In this document: positions 40,760-51,734 of the stretch, one piece after another | How the letters are laid out: every line of letters starts with the position of its first letter | Position numbering within the stretch: the first letter of the stretch is position 1 | Origin: Candidatus Latescibacterota bacterium | Lineage (GTDB): Bacteria; Latescibacterota; UBA2968 | Length of the DNA: 64,000 bases | Assembly: GCA_965198115.1 (NCBI GenBank) | Contig: OZ240241.1 | Location: 2,400,001 to 2,464,000 of the forward strand | Direction of reading: 5' to 3' | Made by a program: the position numbers and the translations under genes | Notes under the pieces: model-generated | Seen by the model: only the letters and a program-made list of their open reading frames with translations | Databases searched by the model: none | What the model was told of the DNA's origin: nothing

Positions 40760-41482
40760 CTAGGCCTTGCGCATTGCCCGCTGGTATTCCTTGATGCCCT
40801 CCCACGTCAGGTCGGGATCGGAGAAGATCGCGTGGTAGGCGGATTCTCGTTCTCGGATGTCCCTACCCTTTTCCAAAACCCTCGCAGGGTCGTCACCCGA
40901 CGGAATCTTCACCACCCCATCGCCGTCGGCAGCGACGACTTCGCCTGGGTGTACGAGGAGCTGATTGACGGTGATCGGCTCGTTGTGGCGCACGAGACTC
41001 AACACGCCGTGGCCGGGCGTCAGACCGGTTCCCCAAACCGGCAGACCGACGCGGTCTATGCCGGCAAGGTCCCGCACGGATCCGTCGACGATGATGCCCG
41101 TCACTCCAAGATGTCTGTGCGTAGCCGCCATCCCGTCTCCGAGGGAAGCGCCACGACCGGCCGTGGTGTCGACGTCTTTCATGATCGCCACCATCGGGCC
41201 CAGGGATTGGTCCAGAAAGTCGTAGTAATCGTCCCAAGGGATTCCCGGCCCGTCGGGGTCGTGTGTCGTCAACTCGCAGGTGACAGCGTATCCGATCGCC
41301 ATTCCTTGCTCGGGCAGCAGGCACGCCATGCCTGGTGCCATGTAGTTGATCGGTACTCCGCCCTTATCTTCGAGTTCTTTTCCGCCCTGGGTCGCCCCGC
41401 GAGCCTCGATGACGGCATTGAAAATGGTTGCGGTGTCGAGCTCTCTGAGCCCTTCGAATATTTCTGGTGATACCTGTCCCAT
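40760..41482 (-). CDS. RraA-like/HMG aldolase family protein
   Basis: GYAVT, LGDGMA, DGSVRDL, VHPGEVVAADGDGVV. Confidence 0.88.
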   Translation of the reverse strand: MGQVSPEIFEGLRELDTATIFNAVIEARGATQGGKELEDKGGVPINYMAPGMACLLPEQGMAIGYAVTCELTTHDPDGPGIPWDDYYDFLDQSLGPMVAIMKDVDTTAGRGASLGDGMAATHRHLGVTGIIVDGSVRDLAGIDRVGLPVWGTGLTPGHGVLSLVRHNEPITVNQLLVHPGEVVAADGDGVVKIPSGDDPARVLEKGRDIRERESAYHAIFSDPDLTWEGIKEYQRAMRKA

Positions 41483-41697
41483 CCTGTTGTCTCCTTTCGG
41501 CTGAGAGATTCCGATTGCTCTGTACTGCCAAGCTGAGAGATCTGTAAATCTGTTTGTTCCCTATGCATAAACGACTTGATGTCTCGATCCTACAAGGAGA
41601 TGCTACTGAACCGGTTCCGCGACCTTGCGTCGATCGTCTTCGTGTTTCAGACACGTTTTCCAAGACGGCGACGCGATCTTAATCGCTCATTCACGTA

Positions 41698-41743
41698 CCC
41701 CAGGGCTAACGCCCTGGGCTAAGATCTGCCGCCCTTTCAGGCG
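41698..41743. repeat. REP-like hairpin
   Basis: CCCAGGGCTAACGCCCTGGG hairpin followed by CGCCCTTTCAGG, a pattern seen in REPs linked to Y1 (RAYT) transposases. Confidence 0.5.
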
Positions 41744-41801
41744 GACACCCTGTCTTTTCTCTGCGGTATCTGACACGCGCTACGAAATCGCCGAAATAGG
41801 C

Positions 41802-42875
41802 TCAAGCAGGTGCGTCCGAAAGAATCCAGTCGGAGCGGCTGATCTGATAGCTTCTGATGTGGGCCATGGGACCGTCGTCTTTGATGTACTGCACGACGAA
41901 CAGGTCTCCCGAGGGCAACTGTAACCAGCCGGAATAGGCGCCGTCGCTGTGGGCGCCGCGGTCGTGATCGATAAAGAAGTAACGGTGGCCGCCGGCGTGC
42001 TTGTCCGCGTTCTGGACGCAGTCCGGGTCGACGGCAACGGCCCCTGTTTCGACGTGGAGGACCAGGTTGCGTGGGGGTGTGAGGCGCTGAAAGCCGTGTA
42101 CGACCGCCACTTCGCCGCTGCTCAACACGCCCGCGTGGGGTCGGCCGACACAGCACGTAAGAAATGTCGGAAACGGACCCAACCAGGTTTCTCCATCATC
42201 CCTCGAGATCGCCTTATAAGCGCACTTTCGCTCGAGGTCCTCTCGCAAGTAGCAGACCAGAACGCCATCATCAAGTTCGACGTAGGTCCCCTCGTTCAGC
42301 CACAGCTCCCGATCGGAAGCGACGTGCACCGCCGCTTGCCACGATTCACCCTGGTCTGTCGACACGAAGGCGTTGTGCAGCCAAACAACGTCGGGGCGGT
42401 CTTTTGGACCCACCCTGTCTGCGCCGATGACGATTTTTCCGGATCGAGTCCTGAAGATACAGGGGCAGATGTGGCCTTTGATGCCGGTGGAGACCATGTC
42501 GCTCCAGGTGTGTCCTCCGTCGGAGGATCGCCAGAGGAAGATCTCGGTATCCGGTACGTGTTCGGGCTCGTGTCGGGGAAGGATGTCACAGATCAGCAGG
42601 AGCTCGGAACCGCCCAGTGACAACAGACGCGGGTTGTTGAGACGGCCCCCGGTGGAAGAATCGGGGATTTCGTGAATGATCTGTTTGCCGCTCCAGGTGC
42701 GTCCGCCGTCGGAGCTGATGTGACAGGCGATGCGTCCGAACGGGCGCGCCGAATGGCCCAAGCTTTCCCGATAGATGCAGACCACGGAGCCGTCTTCGCA
42801 TTCGGCGAGATCGGGAAAGGCTTTGTAGACTGTGTCTTCGCGAAAGAGAATGGATCTTATCACGATAAACTCCAA
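41802..42875 (-). CDS. Sialidase-like BNR/Asp-box beta-propeller
   Basis: AFP motif; Asp boxes SSDGGRTW, SSDGGHTW, STDQGESW, SRDDGETW. Confidence 0.88.
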   Translation of the reverse strand: MEFIVIRSILFREDTVYKAFPDLAECEDGSVVCIYRESLGHSARPFGRIACHISSDGGRTWSGKQIIHEIPDSSTGGRLNNPRLLSLGGSELLLICDILPRHEPEHVPDTEIFLWRSSDGGHTWSDMVSTGIKGHICPCIFRTRSGKIVIGADRVGPKDRPDVVWLHNAFVSTDQGESWQAAVHVASDRELWLNEGTYVELDDGVLVCYLREDLERKCAYKAISRDDGETWLGPFPTFLTCCVGRPHAGVLSSGEVAVVHGFQRLTPPRNLVLHVETGAVAVDPDCVQNADKHAGGHRYFFIDHDRGAHSDGAYSGWLQLPSGDLFVVQYIKDDGPMAHIRSYQISRSDWILSDAPA

Positions 42876-42969
42876 AAATTGATGATGCGCGTTGCTGACC
42901 GGGCAGAGATTCTTTACGCTGGAGAGTGGATATGGCTATGACAATCCTTTATTACAATGTCTATCCGTG

Positions 42970-43241
42970 TTCTTCTCTTTTGTGACCAAAAGAGAAGCAG
43001 AAAAGTCCCACTCAGACGCCGTGGAGGCTTGTGGCCCACGCTCCCTCGACTCCGCTCGGGACAGGCTCCAGTACGATCCGGTTCGGTGACGACACCTGTG
43101 ACAACCCCCAAGTGCCTCCCCCACCCAACCCTATCCCCCCTGGAGTTGAAACAACGACGTTGCTCGCTGCCGCCTTTACCTGGGCCGCTATCGCGTGGGA
43201 GATGGGTTGTTCAACGGTCTTTAGGAGCGCCTGGTTTCTGA
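42970..43241. repeat. Dispersed ~270-bp repeat, copy 2 (contains an inserted REP unit)
   Basis: Colinear with 54728-54987 through GCCGCCTTTACCTGG…GCGTGGGAGATGGG…AGGAGCGC.TGGTTT. Confidence 0.9.
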
Positions 43242-44029
43242 GCGATCCACACCCAAGCGTTAGAGCCAAGAAAGTAAACGTAGATCGGGTCAGGGTGGGT
43301 CAAGTAGTGGAATCTGTAGCTGTCTTGAAACCCGAAGCGTTCATAGAGACGGCGCGCACCGTCGTTCGATAGGCTGACACCCTGCATGAAGGCCGTTCGA
43401 GCACCGGCTTCTTGTCCGATGTGCAGGAGACCGCGAATGAGCTGCGTACCAAGCCCTTGGCCGCGAAGGTCTGAAACAGTAAACAACTCGCAGAGCTGGT
43501 AGAGATCGTCCTGCTGAACAGCGCGTCCGTAGGAGCATTCACGGCCATCGTGTCGAATCGTTGTGTACCAGACCGGGAGCGCGATGCTTGAAAGGGCTGC
43601 TTGCTTTTCTTGCAGATCCTGGGCATCCGCTTCGGGATCGAGGCGTTGAACCAGATCCACCCAGCCATCGAGATCGATCTCGGTCAGGCCATCCTCGGCG
43701 GGCTCAGTCGTGATGGGGCGCACCACGATGAGCATAGGGATTTCAGCTTTGTAGCCACGGTCAACGAGGTAGGATTCGATGGCCTTGTCTTTATCCAGGG
43801 CCGTCAGCCGGAAGTTGCAGGGCAGGTCTCGTTCCGCGTAAGCCCGTTCACACGACTCGATCCTGGACTCGAGGGATTCGGCCGCCGCTGTCAGAGGCCA
43901 GACGGAGTTTCTGTTCAGACTCTTGCCCGTGTTGAAACGGAGCAGCCACCCGTCATCGAACACGGTCTCCTGCGCAGGCAGCATGTTGGCGATCCCTTGC
44001 TCCATATGTCGGATGTCAATTTCGGGCAC
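43211..44029 (-). CDS. GNAT N-acetyltransferase; stop lies inside the repeat
   Basis: DGWLLRF…NRNSV; LRGQGLG…NDGARRLYERFGF. Confidence 0.85.
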   Translation of the reverse strand: MPEIDIRHMEQGIANMLPAQETVFDDGWLLRFNTGKSLNRNSVWPLTAAAESLESRIESCERAYAERDLPCNFRLTALDKDKAIESYLVDRGYKAEIPMLIVVRPITTEPAEDGLTEIDLDGWVDLVQRLDPEADAQDLQEKQAALSSIALPVWYTTIRHDGRECSYGRAVQQDDLYQLCELFTVSDLRGQGLGTQLIRGLLHIGQEAGARTAFMQGVSLSNDGARRLYERFGFQDSYRFHYLTHPDPIYVYFLGSNAWVWIAQKPGAPKDR

Positions 44030-44154
44030 GCTGATGATTCCCGATGACGGTGCACGGTTGCCAGCAAAACGTTGCGGCGACCCTGACCAATGACCAGTGA
44101 CAAAAGGACGACGGAAAACAGATTCAGTAGACAGTGTCAAGCGTTTCGTGTTGA

Positions 44155-44235
44155 TAGAGCGCTACGGGGACCAGGGTGGATGGTGAAGTAGGTGCGTGTC
44201 GTGACCAAGATGCGATGGCGAGGAACCGTGGGCAA
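44155..44235 (-). pseudogene. Degenerate 5' remnant of a propeller-HK gene (promoter and first codons)
   Basis: TTGCCC-17-CATCTT followed by TYFTIHPGPRSAL, matching TYATILPGLHSAL at 34620. Confidence 0.75.
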
Positions 44236-44246
44236 GCCCTCCTCAG

Positions 44247-45626
44247 TCCAGCGCCCCGGGGTTTTCTTGGACACTCCGTTGACCTACAGTAGGTCGAAAA
44301 GGAGGGTCCACCATGAACAAGGCTACCAGGGGATCGGTTGGGGCGGAGCGAGCGAGAGCGAGCGGAGGCCCAGCCGATCCAAGCGCGACTTCGCAGGGTC
44401 GTTTCTCCGTGAAGAAGAAGGCCGAAGCCGTATTACGTGTGATGCGTGGCGAGAGCCTCGACAGCGTCTCTCGCGATCTGGGAGTAACGGCAGCTAAATT
44501 GAGCGAGTGGCGCGATCAGTTCCACTCTGGCGCCCAGGCCGCACTACGCTCTCGTCCGAGCGACGAGCGTGACGAGAGGGTCAAGGACCTCCAGGCGAAG
44601 ATTGGCGAGCTCACGATGGACAACGAGCTGCTGCAACAAAGAATCGATCGTCTGGAAGCCCGCCGCCCTTTGGCGCATCGGAGGTCGCGGAAATGAGTGA
44701 GGTCCTTTCGCCCTCCACGGGGAGACGCTACAGCATTAAACGCGTGTGCAAAGTGTTGCAGATACCCCGTTCCACGGTGCACAGCCAGCTTCGTCGTTCA
44801 TCCGTAACCGATCTTCGGCAACCCCGGAAGCGAGGCCCGGTCGGAGCGGGTACCGATGAGGAATTGGTCTCCCTCATTCAGCAGGAGATCGACGCGTCAC
44901 CCTTCCACGGCGAAGGATACCGCAAGATCTGGGCCAGGCTTCGCTTTCACGGTATGCGGACGTCAAAGGATCGGGTCCGCCGGTTGATGCGTGAAAACGG
45001 GCTCCAGGCGCGTCCAGGACGGCGTCGCGAACGACGAGCCCACGATGGCACGATTACGACCGAGAAGCCCGATCAGATGTGGGGCACCGACCTGACTGTG
45101 ACGCCCACGGTCGACGAGGGCAGAGCCTCCGTGTTTATCGCGATCGACCACTGCACGTGCGAGTGTGTGGGCATTCACGCCTCCAAGACGGCCAACCGCT
45201 TTGAGGCTCTCGAGCCGATCCGACAGGGCATCCGTGAACACTTCGGGGGCTTCGAAGAAAACATCGCCGAAGGACTGGAGCTCCGACACGATCACGGGTC
45301 ACAATACGTCTCTGACGACTTCCAGAACGAGATCGCATTCCTCGGCGTCCAAACATCGCCGAGTTTCGTGCGTGAGCCAGAAGGCAACGGATGCGCCGAG
45401 CGGTTCATCCGTACCCTCAAAGAAAACCTCCTGTGGGTTAGACACTTCAGTACCATCGAAGACCTGCGCCTCGCACTCCTTGAGTTTCGGGACAGATACA
45501 ACCACAGGTGGATCATCGAACGTCACGGCTACAAGACGCCCGAACAGGCTAGAAACGCACTCACGGCAACTCGAAAGGCCGCCTGAATACACTCACCCGA
45601 GTGTCCAGACAACCGCGGGCTTTACA
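44247..45626 (+). mobile_element. IS3-like element copy 2 (1380 bp); OrfA 44313-44696, OrfB 44693-45586
   Basis: 15-bp flanking repeat GCAAGCCCTCCTCAG (44232-44246, 45627-45641). Confidence 0.95.
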
Positions 45627-45776
45627 GCAAGCCCTCCTCAGCGGTCGCGCTGCGGAGGACAGGCAGGTGTGGGTGATGGACAAATGACTGGTTCGACGCA
45701 ATCCTTTCGCTCGGGGTGCATCCATCTGCGCGTATGTGAGAAGCGCAGGAACCACGTTGATCGATAGGAGTCGCCG

Positions 45777-46469
45777 ATGGAAGTAGCTTGCCTGCGAGGA
45801 CCAGACACCGATGCCCGGGTCAGATTCTACTTAGAAAAAGATCTGGGTCTCCCTTTGACGGACTTCCCGGAAGAAGGCGTTCTATTCCACGAGTCACCCA
45901 GCCACTGCCTGGAGTTCAGAAGAATTGGGAATGGTGCTGTATTTTCGGGCAATCAGGCCATCACGCGCCTGCTTCGGCCGATGATAGAGAACCACTCGCT
46001 CTGGGAACTCTACACACCCTACGGCCTCGCAGAAATGAATCGGATCTGTCAACCGGAAGGCATCGAGATCAAGGGTGGAGGATTTCACTATACCCTCGCA
46101 CCCGAGCACACGCCCGAGGACGTGCCGGAGTCAGCGCCGGTCCACAATCACACGCTGCCTGACCAAAACACCTACGATAAGCGTTTCCTGAAAGCATTCT
46201 ATGTTTCAGCCAATGGGGTAGAAGCTTCCCTCTCCCAGATTCGGTGGAAAACGGACGCGTTCATCGAAATCGCAGTCGACACCCAGGAGGGTCATAGAGG
46301 GCGAGGCTACAGTACAGCTGTGGTACACGCAGCTACGAAATGGATCCACTCGCGGGGCGCCGTAGCCCACTACCCCGTTCTCCCATCGAACATCCAGTCC
46401 GTCAGAATCGCTCGGCGCCTCGGATACAGAGTGGCCTGGCAGGAGATCTATGCGCAGGAGCGGTCCTGA
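45777..46469 (+). CDS. GNAT N-acetyltransferase
   Basis: EIAVDTQEGHRGRGY…NIQSVRIARRLGY; RBS AGGAG. Confidence 0.85.
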   Translation: MEVACLRGPDTDARVRFYLEKDLGLPLTDFPEEGVLFHESPSHCLEFRRIGNGAVFSGNQAITRLLRPMIENHSLWELYTPYGLAEMNRICQPEGIEIKGGGFHYTLAPEHTPEDVPESAPVHNHTLPDQNTYDKRFLKAFYVSANGVEASLSQIRWKTDAFIEIAVDTQEGHRGRGYSTAVVHAATKWIHSRGAVAHYPVLPSNIQSVRIARRLGYRVAWQEIYAQERS

Positions 46470-46507
46470 CTTAATCCGTGATGCTCTCATGATGTCCTCT
46501 ATAAACT

Positions 46508-47449
46508 CTACCCATCAAGAGTCGATTCAAGCAGCGAACGAACATAGGGGATCGCCTCTGCCAGACGGTCCTCGCCAGGCGATGCGGGCTTTCCCAGATG
46601 CTCGGGGTTTGCAATCCCGGTGAAGCCGACGTCCCTGAGGGCCGCCACTATGGCCTGGAGGTCGACACGTCCCTCGCCTGGAAGGACCTCACGGCCTGCC
46701 GGCCAGCGATCGGTGTGATCCCGGACCTGGCAGAAGTGAATCTTTCCGGCAAATGTTCTGACGAGCGATGGCACGTCGCCACCGGGGATGTCCATGCCGG
46801 TGCAAAGGGTGACCCCGTTCGACGGACTGGGCACGGCATCGACGAGGCGGGTCAGCTCCTTCCAGTTTCCGACGAGGAACGGTCCGCCCCATCCTTCCGC
46901 CGCGTAGCTGTCGTAATCTTCGATTCGGACCCCCTCGGCAATCGCCTTTTCGCGCACTCCATCGGCGAGGAGTCGATGGAGGCTGTGGTTCCCTATCCCG
47001 ATGCCGTGGGCCTCGGCTTCCGGAATGATCTCCTCGTAGATTGCGATCAGGCCGTCCCTGCACGCCTCTTCGTCTGCTGGATCGAGTGGCCGGCCCAGAT
47101 CCACGTAGTGCAAGACGGATGTGATGCCGACCTCGCCCAGACGCTCGAGCATCCGCTTCATCGCGTCGATGCAGGTCCGATCGCGGGTGAGGAGGATGTC
47201 GGGATTCGTGGAACCTTGCCGCCAGGGGCGGTCCGGCCACCTCGCGAACCAGTAGGTTGCGGACGGCACTGAGATTCCTCTCTGTTCGAGCCCTTCCTTC
47301 AAGACGCGAAGAGCGTTCGCGTCAGGGTATCCCCTCTCCTCGTAGCCCGGGAGTGACGCGCAGGACACGAAGACGGTGTTCACTCCGAGCTGTTCACAAC
47401 GCTCGACGGTTGCGTCGACATCGGTTGTGGCTGGGATTCCTATTTTCAT
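46508..47449 (-). CDS. Sugar phosphate isomerase/epimerase or mannonate dehydratase-like TIM barrel
   Basis: SPSNGVTLCTG, KIHFCQVRD, PGEGRVD, PEH. Confidence 0.75.
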   Translation of the reverse strand: MKIGIPATTDVDATVERCEQLGVNTVFVSCASLPGYEERGYPDANALRVLKEGLEQRGISVPSATYWFARWPDRPWRQGSTNPDILLTRDRTCIDAMKRMLERLGEVGITSVLHYVDLGRPLDPADEEACRDGLIAIYEEIIPEAEAHGIGIGNHSLHRLLADGVREKAIAEGVRIEDYDSYAAEGWGGPFLVGNWKELTRLVDAVPSPSNGVTLCTGMDIPGGDVPSLVRTFAGKIHFCQVRDHTDRWPAGREVLPGEGRVDLQAIVAALRDVGFTGIANPEHLGKPASPGEDRLAEAIPYVRSLLESTLDG

Positions 47450-47486
47450 TGAATGGCCTCAATAGTATGACAACCAGATCGTTTTT

Positions 47487-47624
47487 TTACGAATACGCGC
47501 GCAACACTTCGAGGATGCGCGCCAGGTATTCCTCGGTCGTCGTAGCCGAACCTTCGGTCATCCCCTCGCCCTGACCGATCACGTCACTCGTATCGTAGTT
47601 GAGAATCACCCTGTAACGCTTCAT
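47487..47624 (-). pseudogene. Short ORF, probable truncated gene start
   Basis: MKRYRVILNYDTSDV…EYLARILEVLRAYS* (45 aa) with RBS-like AAGGTGG. Confidence 0.35.
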
Positions 47625-47831
47625 CCACCGTCCACCTTTGTCACTGCATCGGTGCAGGTTGAGCTGAACGGGCTCGCTGAGTGAACGAATTATGAGCTAC
47701 ATGGAATGTGTCGAGAATATTGACCACCACGACTTTCCAAGATGCGACACGCGACCTTACATTGTATCATGTAGCTTGGCTGTGCAATAACCCCTCGTGT
47801 TCCATTCATCCGACACACGAAAGTTATCCAC

Positions 47832-48155
47832 TTGACTCTGCTCTGCCTTATCGTCGTCCTCGCGTCAGCCATCTACATTTTCCTCATCTCAAAGAAGTAC
47901 ACCGACTACGTCCAGATCACGCGACCGTATATCGATGAGGTCACCGAGAAAAACGAGCGTTTGGCCGAAGACATCGAGACCGAAAAGGAGGCCCGTCGTA
48001 CAGTGGTCAGCCAGGTGAAGGATGAAGAGATGGCCATCGGCGACCTCAAGATCACCATCGAGAATGTCGAAGCAGAGATCGCCGAGGAGAGGGCGGTCGA
48101 AGAGAAGATAGAACTCTCCAAACAGATGAAACAGTTCACCAAGCGGAAATCCTGA
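47832..48155 (+). CDS. Single-TM coiled-coil protein
   Basis: Hydrophobic N-terminus followed by an E/K-rich heptad region. Confidence 0.65.
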   Translation: MTLLCLIVVLASAIYIFLISKKYTDYVQITRPYIDEVTEKNERLAEDIETEKEARRTVVSQVKDEEMAIGDLKITIENVEAEIAEERAVEEKIELSKQMKQFTKRKS

Positions 48156-48170
48156 AAGCAACCTATACCT

Positions 48171-49885
48171 ATGGTCTTAGAAATATTGGCTCTATCCGGG
48201 TTTCTCAACGGTGAAACTATAGAATGACAAGGTCATAGATCGTTCCCTACGCTTGGTTGTGTGTGTAGGACAATCAAAGCGAAGGGGGTGCGACCTATGA
48301 CCGGGAGCAGATTACTATCGAAACTGCTGAGATTCAAGGGGTTCCGTGTTGTCAGCTGGTGGTTTGAGGGGAGAAGCTGTTTCGTCATCGCCGTAAAGCC
48401 ACATAAGAATGGTTGTTGTTGTCCGGAGTGCGGCCGTCGAGGTAAAATCGTCCGCACAATGCCCCATCCGCGTCGGTGGCGTGACATTCCGGTGTGCGGG
48501 TGGAGGGTCTGGCTTCTCTACCATCCTCGGGAGATTCGGTGTCCTACCCACGGTCGTGTGGTCGAGGAGATTCCGTGGGCGGAGCGGTTCTCTCGGGTGA
48601 CGTATCGCTTCGAGTATGCCATGCTGCGCTACTGCCAGACCATGACGCAGAAGGCGGCGTCCGAGTTACTGCGCATCTCTGCCTCGACGCTGTCGGATCT
48701 CCTTCACCGATCCATCACGCGGCTTCGTGAAGGTCATCGTATCCGAGGGCTCAAAACCATCGGGATCGACGAGATCTCCTACGCCAAGCGTCACAGGTAC
48801 GCCACGCTCGTTTACGATCTGGACCGCTCCTGCGTGGTGTGGGTTGGCCGCGGCAGGGCGCGTAAAACGATCGATCGGTTCTTCACAGAGGCTCTCAGTC
48901 CCTACCGGAGATCCAAGATCGAGTGGGCCTGCTGCGACATGAGCGAAGCTTACATCGGAGCCATCCAGGAACACTGTCCGAATGCCAAGCTGGTCCTCGA
49001 TCGCTTTCACATCGTCAAGGCTCTCAATATGCCGCCGTTGACGAGGTCCGTAAGGACCAGTGGCGTAAAGCTGCCCCGGATGAGCGCAAAGCCATGAAGG
49101 GCCTCCGATGGCTCCTCTACCGGCACTCAGCGACACGCTCCAGAGGGGATACTCGGACACTCAAAGCACTGGAGAAGGCGAACTACCGAATCTATAGAGC
49201 CTGGAGACTCAAGGACGAGTTCGAGCAGTTCTGGGAATACAAAGCGCCCTGGGCTGCCGAACGCTTCCTGAAATGCTGGACGACGTCCGCACTCAGAAGT
49301 CGACGTGAACCCCTGCGAAAGTTCGTCAGGACCCTGCGACAGCACTTCTTCGGCGTCCTCGCATTCGTGAACACGCGTCTTACCAACGCCATCGCCGAAG
49401 GCCTCAACCGAATCGTCCAAATCGTCAAGAACCGAGCCAGCGGATTCCGCACACTCGACGCATTCAACGATATGATCTTCCTTACCGTCGGAGACATAAA
49501 CATCCCTGAGCAGATTCCGAAGAGGTTCCGCACACTCTAACCGCGCCCCCATGCCAGGAACCACGGCACCTTCACCCACTTCATCTCGTTGAGAGATCCG
49601 GATATAGCCAAAATATTCACCCTGCTCTCTATGGTTGCCGCTCTGGCAGTGCGATTCTTGACGTCTCGCAACACGGAAGCCCTCGAGGTCCAGAAGATCG
49701 AGGCCGATAACGAGAGCCGACATCTAAACTCGACCTACGATCAGGTCTTTGAAGCGCGCCGAGAGGCGGAGGGTCGTCTTCGCTTGTTCCAGCACGACAG
49801 GGCAGAACTGGAACAGTACCTGGAAGGGGCCGAGGGAGAGCTCAAGGAAATAATCAAGCGGAACGAGGAACTAGAAGGAGACTGA
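48171..49885 (+). pseudogene. Single-TM coiled-coil protein interrupted by ISL3
   Basis: MVLEI (48171) rejoins FTLLSMVAALAVRF…NEELEGD* after removing the IS. Confidence 0.7.
48188..49609 (+). mobile_element. ISL3-family element copy 1; transposase ~48297-49540 frameshifted near 49028
   Basis: Ends GGCTCTATCCGG…/…CCGGATATAGCC; TSD GAAATATT/AAAATATT; CPECG, IGIDE, CDM, DRFH, TNAIAEGLN. Confidence 0.93.
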
Positions 49886-50192
49886 GGAAGCCGAGCCAAC
49901 GAAGTGGGCAACTGGGAGAGCCCTTCGATACAGCGTCCACGGTCGCTTTCTCAGGACACGGCGGGCGACTTCATTTCCTACACAATCACACGACGTCTCT
50001 ACATCTCACTCTTGTAGTTTGCCGGACGGACACGGAAAGCCTCGTGTTCTCCCCTACCATGCTTCACGTCAATCGGATCCCTGGCAGTTCGATGGATTCC
50101 TCGTGATGGACAGCCCGATTCGGCCCCGCGATATTCGAGCAACTTCAAAGTCCTTGCGACGTACCCGCCCACCTTCAGCGAAAGGGTAGCCC

Positions 50193-51041
50193 ATGCCCGG
50201 AACCGATTCGTTCTACACGTCAGACGAGTTGCGTGCACGTCTGAGCATCTCAACCCTGGTCTTCCGCGGGTTCAGACCCATTGGAGAGGGAGCCTTGAAC
50301 GCGTTACGGAGCTCTGGCATTCGCAGGATCGAGCTCATCGAAAGCCCCGAGCAATTCGACATGACGAGTTCGACATCGATGGCCAACGTCGCCGAAGTCT
50401 GCGACGCTTGCGGCGTCGAGATCGGCGCCTATCACTGCTACAAGACGGACTTCAACGATGTCGATTCGGAAGCCGTCCGGAATGAACGCGTCACCCAATG
50501 CAAGCGGCAGATCGACACGATGCTCGAGCTCGGAGGCAATCTCTGGGGCTGCCACGCGGCGGTACCCAACACAATGGTGCGGAAGTCATACGAGGAACTG
50601 GCCGATCACGTCGAAGGGACGGAGGCGTCCGTGACGATCGAGAACTTCGCGCGCGACGGCGTGAACGTCGACGAGCGGATCGACTTTCTCGACGACTTCG
50701 ACCACCCGAAGGTGGGGATGATCCTCGATATCGGTCACGTGAAGGACAAGGATGGCGGAAACCCGATGACGACGCCCGGCGGTCCCACGCGGATCCTCGA
50801 GCGCTGCGGCCACCGGCTCCGCCACGTCCACCTCCACGGTTTCAAGGAGGGCCGGGACCACAACCCGCCGCTCGTGGAAGGCGACGAGATCCAATGGTTG
50901 GAACTGTTCACCATGCTCCGCGCCAAGGAGTACGGTGGGCACATCAACTTCGAACCGGCCGGGGAGCCACGCGCCTTCAAGAGCATCGAGCACGCTGGCG
51001 CAATGCCCGATCGTCTCCCTCAGCTGGCGAACGCCGGCTGA
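50193..51041 (+). CDS. Sugar phosphate isomerase/epimerase (AP endonuclease 2 TIM barrel)
   Basis: TIEN, LDIGH, HVHLH, DHNPP..G, NFE. Confidence 0.85.
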   Translation: MPGTDSFYTSDELRARLSISTLVFRGFRPIGEGALNALRSSGIRRIELIESPEQFDMTSSTSMANVAEVCDACGVEIGAYHCYKTDFNDVDSEAVRNERVTQCKRQIDTMLELGGNLWGCHAAVPNTMVRKSYEELADHVEGTEASVTIENFARDGVNVDERIDFLDDFDHPKVGMILDIGHVKDKDGGNPMTTPGGPTRILERCGHRLRHVHLHGFKEGRDHNPPLVEGDEIQWLELFTMLRAKEYGGHINFEPAGEPRAFKSIEHAGAMPDRLPQLANAG

Positions 51042-51072
51042 AGCTCAAAGGCGTGTAAATTGCGGACCGTGC

Positions 51073-51501
51073 TTATTCCTCAGTTTGCATCATCGAGCTG
51101 ACTTCGAAAACCCTCTCGAGAGGATAGATGATACCCGAGAGCTTGACGTTCTCGCCGTGGTGCTCGTTGATGAGCGCCTGGCTCTTCTCATTCTCCAGGT
51201 AGTGAAGAACCCAGCCTTTTAGATCGGCCAGCTCCTTGCCATCCTTTGTAGTGGCACGGACGACGCGTAATGAATGCCGATGGCCGAAAACGCTGCACTG
51301 TGCCGCCGCGCCTTTCCGCTTCTTCAGGGCACAGCCCAAGCAGAAGTTGCTGCCCTCCACGCTCGCGTGGATCACACCTGGGGGTGCGGTCGCCGTCCGA
51401 TCCGGGCTTGGGGATTCATCATCGGCATAGGCAACGATCGTGACGCAGGCAACCGCTACTGCTACAATTGGAGATACTCTCCTTTTCAGTACTGAAGACA
51501 C
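51073..51501 (-). CDS. Exported hypothetical protein with a Cys/His cluster
   Basis: Signal peptide; CLGC…QCSVFGHRH. Confidence 0.65.
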   Translation of the reverse strand: MSSVLKRRVSPIVAVAVACVTIVAYADDESPSPDRTATAPPGVIHASVEGSNFCLGCALKKRKGAAAQCSVFGHRHSLRVVRATTKDGKELADLKGWVLHYLENEKSQALINEHHGENVKLSGIIYPLERVFEVSSMMQTEE

Positions 51502-51734
51502 GTTTCACCTCCATTGGATTGCGCGTGGGACAGGGCTTTCACTCACGAGACTCTCATTTTAGCACTCACCATCGACACCTCCTTCATTGTGTTCGATGAG
51601 CCATCACAGTTGACCTGAGCGGCTTCGCTAGATGCGTCAGTTCCCACAGCCATTGGCGCTGGGTGATGGCTGCGCCGTGAGATCTTGATGCATCTATTGT
51701 GTGCGAATGATCTTCGCGACCGGGACGGTCGGTC

